Below are positions 47,885 to 57,800 of a DNA stretch of 64,000 nt, one piece after another; positions within the stretch are counted from its first letter, which is position 1; each line of letters starts with the position of its first letter. The notes below the pieces were generated by a model. The model was given only the letters and a program-made list of their open reading frames with translations. It did not search any database and was not told the origin of the DNA. A program made the translations under genes and the position numbers. Source of the DNA: a virus; IMG/VR virus record IMGVR_UViG_3300017925_000001, positions 45,725 to 109,724 of that record; one strand, written 5' to 3'.

Positions 47885-48856
47885 TCAAAAGATCCTATCA
47901 ATGATTTCTACGAGATAGGCAGCATCAACCTTCTCAGGATCTTTCTCCTTCAAACGATCCAGAAGTTGAATAAAATAAGCTGTGTCCACGCCAGTCAATT
48001 GATCTTCCAGCACAGAAATGTTTGTTAGATCAAGTTTGCTGATCTGCATAGCCATCTTCAGGATCTGTCCTGCATTGACTCGCCATCCACGCTCAATGAA
48101 TTTTCTCAAACGTACGACTGAGCATATGGGGTATTTGCTGCCTATATAACGTAGTTCTTTGGAGAGTAAGGCCTCCAAGGCTCTAGGCCGTAGAACAAGG
48201 TTGTTATCCCAGCTCGACCAAAAGTTGGTGCAGTGTACGAAGTCGTAATTGCCATGGATCTCATCAGGCTCTCCATAGAAGCGAAGGATGATTTGAATTT
48301 TTCCACTCAGCGTAATGGCATTGCTTGTTAAAAACCTCGGAATATACTTCTCATTTTTTTCTTCTTGGCTAAGTACTGTCTGCTCAATTTCTTGATAAGT
48401 GTCTTCTATTTGAGCAGGATCATTAAGCACTTCACCAACATATACAGCAGCGCTTTCATCGGGTTGTCCTTCGAAATACTGATAAGGCTTTTCTGTGCCC
48501 TCTTTACTTGCTATGCCTGCTGATTTAACTACAATTTTCACACGCACGCCATCGTCATACACCTTCATTGGTGTAGGTATTCCTTTGCTCTTGTGGTGTT
48601 GCTCAAATTTACTCAGGTAATACTCGGCTACAGACTTGGCTAGGTCATGATTGCGAAGATAGACATCGAAATCATTGACCTCTTCACCAAGTAGCATGGA
48701 AGCAATGGAACCTCCAGTGACAATCACCCCTGTCTTGAGCTTTTCTCGTAGCGTTAGGTCTTCAACACTGTCCAACCAGAGATTGATCTTACGATGGATG
48801 CGACCTTTGATACTCTTCGCTTTCATCCCGTGCTTTACTGCTGGCACTTCATTCAT
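47885..48856 (-). CDS. Pol-beta superfamily nucleotidyltransferase-like protein
   Basis: 'IVTGGSIASML...NDFDVY' (GG/GS + DxD), 'YDF', 'RLRKF..RGW'. Confidence 0.7.
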   Translation of the reverse strand: MNEVPAVKHGMKAKSIKGRIHRKINLWLDSVEDLTLREKLKTGVIVTGGSIASMLLGEEVNDFDVYLRNHDLAKSVAEYYLSKFEQHHKSKGIPTPMKVYDDGVRVKIVVKSAGIASKEGTEKPYQYFEGQPDESAAVYVGEVLNDPAQIEDTYQEIEQTVLSQEEKNEKYIPRFLTSNAITLSGKIQIILRFYGEPDEIHGNYDFVHCTNFWSSWDNNLVLRPRALEALLSKELRYIGSKYPICSVVRLRKFIERGWRVNAGQILKMAMQISKLDLTNISVLEDQLTGVDTAYFIQLLDRLKEKDPEKVDAAYLVEIIDRIF

Positions 48857-49080
48857 TTGCTCTCCTCCTTGGGTGTAACTAGGATCTTCTCTGTGGCCGC
48901 GACTAATGCAGCGCTGCCCATCGCTTTGTCAAGGTCGGTAGTCTTCGCCAAGGCTGCTCTGACTTCCTTGGCAGTACCTAGCTTTCCCAGGCGTAGGGCA
49001 TGCGGGTAATTGATCCTGAAACCTATGGACGAGAAACAACCTGCAATCTCATCCAGCTCTTCCGGTGTTGGTGTTCTCAT
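48853..49080 (-). CDS. Hypothetical protein
   Basis: GGAGG SD; overlapping packing. Confidence 0.45.
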   Translation of the reverse strand: MRTPTPEELDEIAGCFSSIGFRINYPHALRLGKLGTAKEVRAALAKTTDLDKAMGSAALVAATEKILVTPKEESK

Positions 49081-49802
49081 ATCTTGTCCTCCGTGGGGAT
49101 CTCGATTTGTGCGTGGCTTTCATCCGTTTCTTCCAAGAAGTTCCTGGGGTCTGCATTCCACTCAGCGCAGAGTGTTTCGATGACTTTGCCATCGGAGTAA
49201 TCGACTGCTGCGCCTGTTCCATCCCGGCCTGCACTGCCCAGCTTCATGCGCACAGATTCATAGCAACGCGTGATGACGTTCTCCCAGGCTGATAGGGTCA
49301 CTTTGTAGTTGCGCAGAACCATGGCGTTCTCGCCGGTTTGTCCTTTGAGTCTCGCAACTTCAGCTTCTACTTCCAAGGCAGAAAGTTCAGGGGCTTCTGC
49401 CACAAGGTTTGTGATGAGTTCTACCATGGGTGTGTGCGTTTTCTCTATGGCATTGAAGAAATTTTCCTCGGGATTCAGGGTAGTGATTTGGCGCAACTTA
49501 GTGACCCCCGCAGGCTCGTAATCAGAGCGTTTGATACCACAAGTGTTCATCACTCGAACAATTCGGCTCAAATACTCGGCTTTTCTGACTTTCAACCCAA
49601 GCTCTTGTTCTGCGTAGTCTGCAAATTTCTCAAAGTTCCACTTGAGGTAAAGTCTGCTCTCATGGACGTGGAACAAGAGTTCAGCGACATCAAAGGTGTG
49701 GACATTGATGTCCGTGGTCAAGCGCAGCAAATCCCGGCGTATTGAGGCTTCTTGGCCTGCTACTTGCTCCCCATGGATTGCTGGTACGTTCAGTGGGTCC
49801 AT
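49077..49802 (-). CDS. Hypothetical DNA-binding protein
   Basis: 'LY....F..F..YAE.ELGL..R.A.YL' helical motif. Confidence 0.55.
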   Translation of the reverse strand: MDPLNVPAIHGEQVAGQEASIRRDLLRLTTDINVHTFDVAELLFHVHESRLYLKWNFEKFADYAEQELGLKVRKAEYLSRIVRVMNTCGIKRSDYEPAGVTKLRQITTLNPEENFFNAIEKTHTPMVELITNLVAEAPELSALEVEAEVARLKGQTGENAMVLRNYKVTLSAWENVITRCYESVRMKLGSAGRDGTGAAVDYSDGKVIETLCAEWNADPRNFLEETDESHAQIEIPTEDKI

Positions 49803-49811
49803 ACATCTCCT

Positions 49812-50312
49812 TTAGAGGCGAGCGAAGTTGCAATGAGCGAACTCACCGAAATGCTGCACAGCAGCCATATCATATGCACAAGCCGCTTCGAGCGGATCTG
49901 TGAAGTATCCAAGATGAAACCTTCCGTTGTTTACGTGGATATATGCACGCCACTTTTCTCTATCTTTATTCCATGAAACACCTTTGAAACCGGAAGTGTT
50001 GGCCCGCGTTAAAAGCGCGTTACTTGCATTTTGCTGAGGCGTAGATACTCGCAAGTTGTACTTTTGACAATTCAGACCATCGTGATCCTCATGGTCAACT
50101 TGTATCGCAGGATCAGTGACATTCATAATGAAGCGGTGTAAGGATTGGCTTTTAGTTTTACCTTCCACACGCCAACCTCGTTGAGCGTATACACCTACGA
50201 TAACTTCATTGCGAAATTTTTCTTTTGCACACCACTCACGGCGGGCTACACGCTCGTAATCTGAGTCGTCTACTAAAGCTATGTAGCCCTTAGTAAGTTG
50301 GATCTCCTTCAT
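49812..50312 (-). CDS. HNH-AP2 homing endonuclease
   Basis: 'LTKGY.ALVDDSD', 'LHRFIM...VDH...DGLN....NLR', 'NTSGFKGV...W.AYI...HLGYF...EAA.AYD'. Confidence 0.9.
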   Translation of the reverse strand: MKEIQLTKGYIALVDDSDYERVARREWCAKEKFRNEVIVGVYAQRGWRVEGKTKSQSLHRFIMNVTDPAIQVDHEDHDGLNCQKYNLRVSTPQQNASNALLTRANTSGFKGVSWNKDREKWRAYIHVNNGRFHLGYFTDPLEAACAYDMAAVQHFGEFAHCNFARL

Positions 50313-50680
50313 TTCTTCTCCTCCTTGATTGTGATGCCCATGCCGTGGGCGCGCAGCTCATCCTCAGCAGTCCACTGCGCCTGCTGTGGATGATTGAGAC
50401 TGTCTCCTGGCCTATTCGACTTCCAGAGGTGCTTTGGGCAGAAGTAAAGACCTCCCATGTCCATAACGAAAGGTCCCGGGTTGATGCAATGCGGGATCGC
50501 ACATCTAGGGGGTGGAGTGCAGGCAGCGCAACCATCGCACCCCTTCTCGCACTCCGGTTCCTCCAGCAACTTCTCCTTCCAATGATCCTCACAGAACTTG
50601 TTGCCGCGCCCGTCTGTGTGGCTCGCTAGAAAGTGGCATCCGTAGATGCAGCACATATTCTGTTCATCGAAGAGACTCAT
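50309..50680 (-). CDS. Cys-rich hypothetical protein
   Basis: Repeated C-x4-C...FC..H modules. Confidence 0.5.
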   Translation of the reverse strand: MSLFDEQNMCCIYGCHFLASHTDGRGNKFCEDHWKEKLLEEPECEKGCDGCAACTPPPRCAIPHCINPGPFVMDMGGLYFCPKHLWKSNRPGDSLNHPQQAQWTAEDELRAHGMGITIKEEKK

Positions 50681-50981
50681 GGAGGATACCCAGCATCTTC
50701 CTTTCGCGGTCGGTGAGTGGTTCAAGGGGCTTGAATAGCACAGCCTCGGCGCGCTTGCTCAGTTCAGCGAACCAAGCAAGCATGCGCGTAGACAGGGCTT
50801 GTTCCTCGGGGTCAGCTTTGACCATTTCTTCCTCCAAAATGAAATGAAGCGGGGGACGCAAGCCTTATAATCGGCCCTCCCCCGCTGCTGTGCCTGTCTG
50901 AGTCAACGCCGGTGATCAAGTCACCCTGTTCAGTCTCAGTAGTATCGTCGTGTGAGCACGGCACTGTATCTGCCCAACCTC

Positions 50982-51337
50982 TAGAAATCGGTAGGAGAGC
51001 CCTTGCGGGCTCCCCATCCTATGGCTAGCGCCCGCAGGCAGCTGCCATGACCATCGGCTTTTCAGTCGCGGTTGTTTGTTACGTGTCTAGAGTACGTGTG
51101 CCACGTCAGCACGACGCGCAAGTTGCAACAGCATACATGCCGTTCGAAGCCTGTTCATCCCCCAACACGGCTCACTATTCGGAAGCCGTCTTGGTGGAGA
51201 TGCCCGGAATCGAACCGGGGTGACGCCATGTTGATGCCAACCTTCTACGCGTGTTTCTCCGTATTGCTACGGAATACCTAGGGGCGCACGGCATTCGCTA
51301 TGCACCCTCCACCACCTAGCCAAATGTGCGACTAGGG
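50982..51337 (-). ncRNA. ssrA: Circularly permuted (two-piece) tmRNA
   Basis: T-arm CCCGGTTCGATTCCGGG and CATCTCCACCA (ends 51192) lie upstream of GGGGATG (starts 51162), forming an acceptor stem with G3-U; pk1-like segment; tag ORF 51069-51025. Outer ends are approximate. Confidence 0.88.
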
Positions 51338-51341
51338 ACAT

Positions 51342-51533
51342 TTATTCGTCCACCTCCACGATGTTTCCATCTACGTCTGTGGAAATTATGTCGTCATCTA
51401 TCCCACCGTTACGAGCGAATACGAGTTTGTCGTCTTCAATACGGAAAGTGATGAGTTGCCATTCGTCTTTGCCTTTGATATCCACGCTGACTATGACCTG
51501 CTCATCGTCATTTCCTGCTACGCGTAGCCTCAT
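51342..51533 (-). CDS. Small acidic hypothetical protein
   Basis: AGGAG SD. Confidence 0.5.
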   Translation of the reverse strand: MRLRVAGNDDEQVIVSVDIKGKDEWQLITFRIEDDKLVFARNGGIDDDIISTDVDGNIVEVDE

Positions 51534-51553
51534 GCTTTTTCTCCTTTGGGTTG

Positions 51554-52501
51554 TTAAATCGAGATTGGTGTAGTCGGTGGCAAAATCTCTGACTTGACAG
51601 TTGCTGGTGTTTCCGCAACAGCTTCCTCAGACTCAGCCGCTTCAGCTGCAGCAACAGCTGCGCTGGAGTCGATGGCCACCTTGTTTTCGATGATGTCGAG
51701 GTACAGCTGGCCAAACTCGGCTTTGTTCTCAGGACTCATCATTGCGAACTTGTTGAAGCTCATCACGAATGAGGAGCCAGCAGTCGAGTTCACATTGTTG
51801 GATGTTATATCGAAACTGATGTCGAAAATATTCGGCAGCGGTTCCGGCGCGAGCTTCACAGTCCCCTCGGGCAATACGAAGCCTGGGATGTCAACGAAGC
51901 GGTTCTGCACCTTGTTGTAAGTGTAGCCACGCGTCTTGTTGATCTGGCGCACATTGGCGAAGATGTCCTGCATCAGGCCATACATCTGCTGTTCCATCGC
52001 ATCCTTGAACGGCTTGTAGCTCTTACCTTTGCAGTTCAAGTAATATGGGCGCTGCGTCTGACGGTCGGCCACCAGCAGGTTCCAATACGCTCCGCATGGC
52101 GGCAGATCATTCGGGTTCTTCGTCTTGCGCCACGTCTCCCAGTTGATATCTCCCTTTGGGCACGTCTTGCAGAACGGCACCGGGGGCTCCAGAGCACGCG
52201 GGTGCGGTTGAATGCCATCGAGCGAGAAGCACTTCTTGTTGTCCTTGCAGAACACGTTCTTGTCTTTGAACCACTCGCGCTGCTCCTGCGGAACAGCGAG
52301 CAGGACCACGCGGATCACGCGTCCCAGGTGCTGGTTAGTCGAAACGATACGGAAGTCTCCGTACACCACGTTCTCAGCTCGTGAAGACTTCTGCACCAGC
52401 TCGATCATCATGGGGCGGGCTCTGAAGATGCCTGCTCCGAATCCAACACCACCTTGCGCCAGCGCTTGATTGCCGCTGATTTGTACCAATTCCTCACTCA
52501 T
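51554..52501 (-). CDS. Putative ssDNA-binding/recombination protein
   Basis: C.S.DG..P...C..CP...W...C pattern, acidic tail; near the exonuclease gene. Confidence 0.5.
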   Translation of the reverse strand: MSEELVQISGNQALAQGGVGFGAGIFRARPMMIELVQKSSRAENVVYGDFRIVSTNQHLGRVIRVVLLAVPQEQREWFKDKNVFCKDNKKCFSLDGIQPHPRALEPPVPFCKTCPKGDINWETWRKTKNPNDLPPCGAYWNLLVADRQTQRPYYLNCKGKSYKPFKDAMEQQMYGLMQDIFANVRQINKTRGYTYNKVQNRFVDIPGFVLPEGTVKLAPEPLPNIFDISFDITSNNVNSTAGSSFVMSFNKFAMMSPENKAEFGQLYLDIIENKVAIDSSAAVAAAEAAESEEAVAETPATVKSEILPPTTPISI

Positions 52502-52672
52502 CTTTGTCAGCTCCTTGTGATTTGTCAACTCCGGTTGGCATCTCCGCGAGCACGCCCTGCCCATCAGGCAGTTTGGCACTCACATAGATGTAGGGTGAAT
52601 TCTTGATCTTTACGAACAGGATATCGGACTTCTGATCCAACTCCAAGAGGGTGTGGATGACCTCAGCTACCA

Positions 52673-53152
52673 TCATGCAAAAGCCTCCTTGCGTGCAGCC
52701 AAGGCAGCTTTCTTAGAGGTGAAGTATCCTAAATAAATTTTGTGTTGGGGCCGTGCTGGATCAGGCACAGTAGCACGGTAAAGTTTTCTCTGTTTATCAA
52801 AGAATACACCATCTCCACGTTGACCTCTTCGAGCAATGTCTGCTGCATGCTCTTTGGTTGATACGCGTACAAGACGACATGCTCGATTATCACTCTTGAT
52901 GCCTTTGTGATTAACCTCGCGTAAACCTAAAGGATTGGGAATAAATGCTGTGGCTACTAACAAGTGTATTTTTTTTGTGTACTTTTTTGTGTGCCTCACT
53001 AGTGTGACTTTAGCATATCCCCAACCATCCAGAGAAGAGCGTAATATTCTTCCAACTAGTGCTCCTGCACTTTTCTTGATACGCTTCACTCTACCAAGAT
53101 TGCTTACAGCATAAGCATCGAAGTCTTCAATGACTTTCCAGACTTCTTTCAT
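52673..53152 (-). CDS. NUMOD4-HNH homing endonuclease
   Basis: 'EVWKVI...YAVSNLGRVK', 'IHLLVATAFIPNP....VNH'; paralog of 34817..35323. Confidence 0.88.
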   Translation of the reverse strand: MKEVWKVIEDFDAYAVSNLGRVKRIKKSAGALVGRILRSSLDGWGYAKVTLVRHTKKYTKKIHLLVATAFIPNPLGLREVNHKGIKSDNRACRLVRVSTKEHAADIARRGQRGDGVFFDKQRKLYRATVPDPARPQHKIYLGYFTSKKAALAARKEAFA

Positions 53153-54351
53153 GTTTCCTCCATCGGAATTTTTCTTAGCTTCAAAGCTTCTCTGTTGGCT
53201 TTGGCTTCCATTTTAATTCTCTCCTTCTCGGCAGCGCGCTCCAGCTTCAGCTTGGCTTTCTCAGCTTCGCGCTCCACCTTCGCACGCATCTTCTCGATCT
53301 CTTTCTGCTCGGCCCGTTGTTTCTTCTTGGACTCGCGTATGAGTGCCTTCCATTCCTTCATGCGCTCATCCACAGATTTCACCAACTTGGTGAGCCTGAG
53401 GCATGCGAGGAATCCGGCGAAGTCTTCAGCATAGGTCTCGGGGCCCAGGTACCAGGGCTCGAATTTCCCAGCTTCCTCTTCGTTCTTACCCAGACGCAGA
53501 ATCCAACGATCATCTATTGGAATCGAAAATTCCTCAACTTCAGCACCTTGATACGCGGCGGTCTGGAAGAGGTACTCGATGTACAAATAGTTGCTGGATT
53601 TCCAGTCGATCAACGACCTGTGATTCTTGAAAGGCTTCGCGCAGCAGCTAGGATCTGAGCAAGAATCGCAAATTGCAAGTCCGTCCAAGGTGCCTGCGTA
53701 TTCGTATTCCTTGCTATAGATCTTCGTTTCAGTCTTGATCCAGCGCACGTTGTGACGACTCATCCAGTCGAATGCCGCAACAGCGCAAGCACAAGCTTTC
53801 ACGTCCTCGGGCATGTTCTTCAGCACACGTACAATATGTTCAGGGTCATGATCCAGCGCGTGTTGAATCGACTCTTCGAGGCACTTATGGGCAAGATGGC
53901 CAATGTCCCCAGCTTCTACTAGGATCTCTTTATGCGCGTTTTTGGCTTCCATCACCAGCTTGGTAAACTCAGCCAAACTGATTGTAGCGAGCATCAGTGG
54001 ATCAGTAGTTGATAGAGGAATCGTGCGTATGATTTTCTCCGCGCACTTCTTTGCTGCCCACGGGGTAAGCGCCACTGAGCGATCAATGATGTGGACTGTG
54101 TTGGTGACCCCTAGTTGCTCGACAAGATTGCCAAGCTCCATGACTCGGTAGTACTTGTGATCCGAGACATTGAATCTCAGCTCGACTGTCTTGTTGTAGA
54201 ACCAATATGACTCTGTGAGCGTGGAGAACTTCTCCATGAACGCTCCGAATGCGTTTGGCGCATTCGACATGAGCAGGTTGGCCTGGGGAGTGTCACCATC
54301 ACACTCGGGACAGCCGCCAAACCTGCCCAGGAAATCTTGCATCGTTCCCAC
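53149..54351 (-). CDS. PD-(D/E)XK exonuclease (Cas4/RecB-like)
   Basis: 'G...H..LE', 'E..IYS....YAGTLD', 'IDWKSS', 'Q.AAY'. Confidence 0.8.
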   Translation of the reverse strand: MGTMQDFLGRFGGCPECDGDTPQANLLMSNAPNAFGAFMEKFSTLTESYWFYNKTVELRFNVSDHKYYRVMELGNLVEQLGVTNTVHIIDRSVALTPWAAKKCAEKIIRTIPLSTTDPLMLATISLAEFTKLVMEAKNAHKEILVEAGDIGHLAHKCLEESIQHALDHDPEHIVRVLKNMPEDVKACACAVAAFDWMSRHNVRWIKTETKIYSKEYEYAGTLDGLAICDSCSDPSCCAKPFKNHRSLIDWKSSNYLYIEYLFQTAAYQGAEVEEFSIPIDDRWILRLGKNEEEAGKFEPWYLGPETYAEDFAGFLACLRLTKLVKSVDERMKEWKALIRESKKKQRAEQKEIEKMRAKVEREAEKAKLKLERAAEKERIKMEAKANREALKLRKIPMEET

Positions 54352-54569
54352 TATAAACCCCGCTCCTTCCAGACGTTCAACCAGTATTGATTGTCCATCG
54401 TTCCATGCGTGTCCACCTGCTGCTTGGCTGCAACGTCAGCAGGTTCGTAGTCGGGTGATAGGCTGTAACGCTGCGTGGCCAAGAAGGGCTTATCATCCTC
54501 AGCGAACATTGTCTGAGGCAAGCGTTCAAGTGAGGCAGCTTCCTGCTCGTTTCGATGTGGATAGTTCAC
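54351..54569 (-). CDS. Hypothetical protein
   Basis: GGAGG SD; overlapping packing. Confidence 0.45.
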   Translation of the reverse strand: MNYPHRNEQEAASLERLPQTMFAEDDKPFLATQRYSLSPDYEPADVAAKQQVDTHGTMDNQYWLNVWKERGL

Positions 54570-54835
54570 AGGGCCTCCCTGGCTTCTACAGTGGTTTCTC
54601 GCCGGATGATGTTGTTACCTAGCTTACTGCCTCGGGTGAGCGTTTCGCCAGGGAGAAGTTCGATGGGTATGTCCACACCACCCATCTTTGTATTCATGAA
54701 GACACGTTCTCGGGCGTCAAGTATTGCGCGCAGCTCCACTGCATCATGATCCAATGAGTGAATAGCTGTGCCGAAGAATTCTCCGACACGTTCCCCGACA
54801 TCAGCATTGTCTACGGCCTTTGGGTCCATTCTCAT
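54566..54835 (-). CDS. Hypothetical protein
   Basis: AGGAG SD; ATGA overlap. Confidence 0.5.
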   Translation of the reverse strand: MRMDPKAVDNADVGERVGEFFGTAIHSLDHDAVELRAILDARERVFMNTKMGGVDIPIELLPGETLTRGSKLGNNIIRRETTVEAREAL

Positions 54836-56151
54836 AGCTTTTTCTCCTTGGCTTTTTCAGCGGCTTCGGCTTTGCGCTTTGCAACTTCACGCTTGGCCAT
54901 GGTCTTGAACTCGGCTTTCGCCGTGGGCAATGGAGCGAATTGTGGGGCAACCCAGTCATTATAGTGATCAGCCACAGCGACTGAAGCTTTGCGTAGACGT
55001 AAGCGATCTGTAGGCGTCAAAGCTTTTAGCTTTGCCAGGGCCTTGACTTGTTCACGCTCATCGTCACGCTCGCTAACTCTCCGTGTCCATTTGGAGAGCA
55101 ATGCTTCCACATCCCGGCGTATGGGGAGGTAAGCGTCGATTACTCGTTGCTCAGCTTCCCAAGCTTTCTTGCGCGCAATCGTCTCGTCCAGTTCCTTCAT
55201 ACGCTTCTTATTGAGCGCTTCTTTATCTTTTGCGCGTTGATCGTTCTCCTTGAGCTTTGCAGCCAAGGCATCAGCCCGGTCTTCTTGTTCCTTGCGCTTG
55301 GCGTCAGCAAGCTTCTGCAGTGTAGCCTTGCGCTGTGCCTCAGCAGCCTCTTCATCAGCCTTGGCTTTCGCCTTCAGAGCGCGCTGTTCTTCGTTGTAAG
55401 CTGTGATCTCTGCCGCAGTCTTGTCCCGGCGCGCTTGTACTTTCTCCACACGCTCTTTGATCTCCGAGATCATGGGGATGATCGCACGAATGGGAAGATC
55501 CTTAACGTTGATTGGAATACGCTTCTCTTCAAGCTCGAAGATCCCGAGTGCAGCCACCACGGAATTCTGTGCTCGACCCTGCTCACTATCTTTTCTCCCT
55601 TTGATGTAAATACCACCAAGAAATCGAGCTAAAGTATCAGCGGTATATTCTACTTGTCCCTCGGAGGGACAAGTCGGCTTTTTCCCCGGTACAAAGCTGG
55701 GAGCATAGCGAATGTTGTTTGGATTTGTCCTTTCCGGCGCAGGGATTTCTATCTTTCCCTCGGCCAATGCTCGGACTGCAGCGCTGACCGCTTCCTTGAC
55801 TACGGGGAGATCCCCGCGCAAGTTCTCACGCGTCATGCGCATGAGCATCTCACCATCTGTGAAGTCTTCCAGGGCTACAGGGATCGCTTTCAGCCCTGCA
55901 GACTTCGCAGCTGCCAGGGCATCCCCTGTATCAATGGACTTCGCAGCGTCTGCTCTGTGATGTCCGAAAGCCAGTTGCACGGTGCCATCCGGCATTTTGC
56001 GACCATACACACCGATCCAGAATTCCTTGGTGGCAACGATGGACTCGGCCAGGGCTTCAACGCGCTCCGGGTCGATAGGGTTTAACTTCCTATCGCGCCA
56101 CGGATTGTCCCTGAGCTTGCTCAGCGGAATCATCTCAATGGTAGGTATCAA
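54832..56151 (-). CDS. ParB/Srx-like N-terminal domain protein with coiled coil
   Basis: 'IPLSKL..NP.R...LAESI...GHHR..A......EN' motif. Confidence 0.75.
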   Translation of the reverse strand: MIPTIEMIPLSKLRDNPWRDRKLNPIDPERVEALAESIVATKEFWIGVYGRKMPDGTVQLAFGHHRADAAKSIDTGDALAAAKSAGLKAIPVALEDFTDGEMLMRMTRENLRGDLPVVKEAVSAAVRALAEGKIEIPAPERTNPNNIRYAPSFVPGKKPTCPSEGQVEYTADTLARFLGGIYIKGRKDSEQGRAQNSVVAALGIFELEEKRIPINVKDLPIRAIIPMISEIKERVEKVQARRDKTAAEITAYNEEQRALKAKAKADEEAAEAQRKATLQKLADAKRKEQEDRADALAAKLKENDQRAKDKEALNKKRMKELDETIARKKAWEAEQRVIDAYLPIRRDVEALLSKWTRRVSERDDEREQVKALAKLKALTPTDRLRLRKASVAVADHYNDWVAPQFAPLPTAKAEFKTMAKREVAKRKAEAAEKAKEKKL

Positions 56152-56438
56152 GCGTTCTCCTTCTTGTCCAGACGCATGACTCTGTGTCGGACGATAGTCT
56201 TGGCTTGCTCAACGAGGAAGGCAAGGGGTTGCCCTTCGGCCCATGCGGGTCTCACATTTGGGGGTGTAAGGCATCCCTTCTCAACGATTTGCGCCCACGT
56301 ATTGCCTACGCCAATCTTGGCCGTCTGCACCTTGAACTCTATGCCGTCCGAGGTGATGGTCATGACAACCGGCAGCTCGACTCCGTACACTTTGATGAGT
56401 CTGCGGATCTTCTGGCCCTCGCGTAAGGTTGCGCTCAT
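56148..56438 (-). CDS. Hypothetical protein
   Basis: First gene after the promoter at 56459-56488; GGAG SD. Confidence 0.55.
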   Translation of the reverse strand: MSATLREGQKIRRLIKVYGVELPVVMTITSDGIEFKVQTAKIGVGNTWAQIVEKGCLTPPNVRPAWAEGQPLAFLVEQAKTIVRHRVMRLDKKENA

Positions 56439-56458
56439 GTCGATTCTCCATTCTATAC

Positions 56459-56488
56459 ATTATACAGCAGTTGTGGGCACTTTGTCAA
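56459..56488 (-). promoter_or_regulatory. Sigma70-type promoter TTGACA-N18-TATAAT
   Basis: Perfect hexamers on the minus strand (56488-83 and 56464-59). Confidence 0.85.
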
Positions 56489-56825
56489 GAGGGCTTGGCG
56501 GGAGTGCCGTCTCTCCGTAGAAGCGGAAGGGCCCACCAATACGATTTTGGATGCGCGCCCGCCAGTGTTCCACTGTCTTGTTGCCTTTGAAATTGTTGCA
56601 AGTTCTGCAAGCAGGTATCATATTGACAGTACTGCTTGGCGGGAAGCCAGGAAATATTCCGCATTCTTTCAGGTACTCGCGCAATTCAGTTGGAGGATTG
56701 AGCGGAATGAAATGATCCACGTTGTCAGCGGGCTCTCCACAATACCAGCAGAGTCCATCTGTCTTCGCAAAAACCCGCGCCTTTTTGCTCGCAGTTATGT
56801 GATAGCACTTCCGTGGTTTACTCAT
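56460..56825 (-). CDS. HNH endonuclease
   Basis: 'CWYCG....VDHFIP...NMIPACRTCNNFKG'. Confidence 0.85.
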   Translation of the reverse strand: MSKPRKCYHITASKKARVFAKTDGLCWYCGEPADNVDHFIPLNPPTELREYLKECGIFPGFPPSSTVNMIPACRTCNNFKGNKTVEHWRARIQNRIGGPFRFYGETALPPSPLDKVPTTAV

Positions 56826-57188
56826 CGTCTTCGTCCTTTTCCTCATCGGGCGTGTCGTCCGTGGCATCTATAGCACCACAGTTGTCACATTCCCAGACGT
56901 ACCCATAACCTTCGGGATCAGGTATGCCAATCATCGAGGTAGAATTGCAACTGGGGCAAAAACGTCGTTCTTCTTTTCCCCAATCCTCGGCGGTCTTGTC
57001 AGCTTCATTCATCGAAACCCTCCAAATCTTCAATTCTCTGATAATCGCTTCTGCGATCAGTCAGGTCCACCACGGGTTCCTCCTGGGGCTCAGGGCTCTT
57101 CGTGGGGATCGCTTGGGCCGCACGGCGTACCCAGCGCTCTGTTTCAGGGGTGCGCAGAACAAGCTGCCCATCGACCAAGACGTAGCGG

Positions 57189-57482
57189 CTACTCATTGGG
57201 GATCTCCACTTGCACTACATTTGATGGTTGACTCATGACCTTCTCCTCATCGGTCATAGTGACGTAGTAACAATAGGTCTTCCCATTCTTCACGGTCGTG
57301 TCCACCCACTCAACAGTAGTGTTGGATACTTGAGCGCGCTTTACATACGCACCTGTGCATCCAATCTGCCGGTAGATGCTTTGCCACTTCGCTTGCGTGG
57401 GACTCAGCTGCCAAGTGAGAGTGACTGTGTGAGCGTAGGCAAATGAACAGAGAAGCAGAAGCGCAATTAAATGTTTTCGCAT
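57189..57482 (-). CDS. Secreted fibronectin type III-like protein
   Basis: Signal peptide; 'VTLTW...IYR...WVDTTV..G.TYCYYVT.......S.PSN'. Confidence 0.75.
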   Translation of the reverse strand: MRKHLIALLLLCSFAYAHTVTLTWQLSPTQAKWQSIYRQIGCTGAYVKRAQVSNTTVEWVDTTVKNGKTYCYYVTMTDEEKVMSQPSNVVQVEIPNE

Positions 57483-57800
57483 TGTTCACCTTTCTGACTT
57501 CAACAGGTTTGGTCCTAGATCAAGAAGTGTGTTGTGATATCGTCTGTACTCATCACGCAAAGCACTGTATTTGTAGGCAATGTCTTCGCAGTAATTGAGC
57601 GCTAGTGTCCGATCACCATCAAAGCGGGCTAGAATCGCCAACAATGTTGGGCTAAGGTTAGGCATCGTCTTCCTCCTTTTCAGGGGGAGGCTCTTCACAG
57701 TGAGGACAGTTATCCCCGCTATCAGTGTAGAACCTCCCATGGACTGGGCAGGTGCGCGACATGTAACCGTGTTGCTCTGCCCATTCTTCTCGGGATATGC

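Noticed and set aside
51192-51230. Stand-alone tRNA gene
   Set aside because: Only a T-arm and 3' acceptor strand are present; the partner strand lies downstream, consistent with a permuted tmRNA
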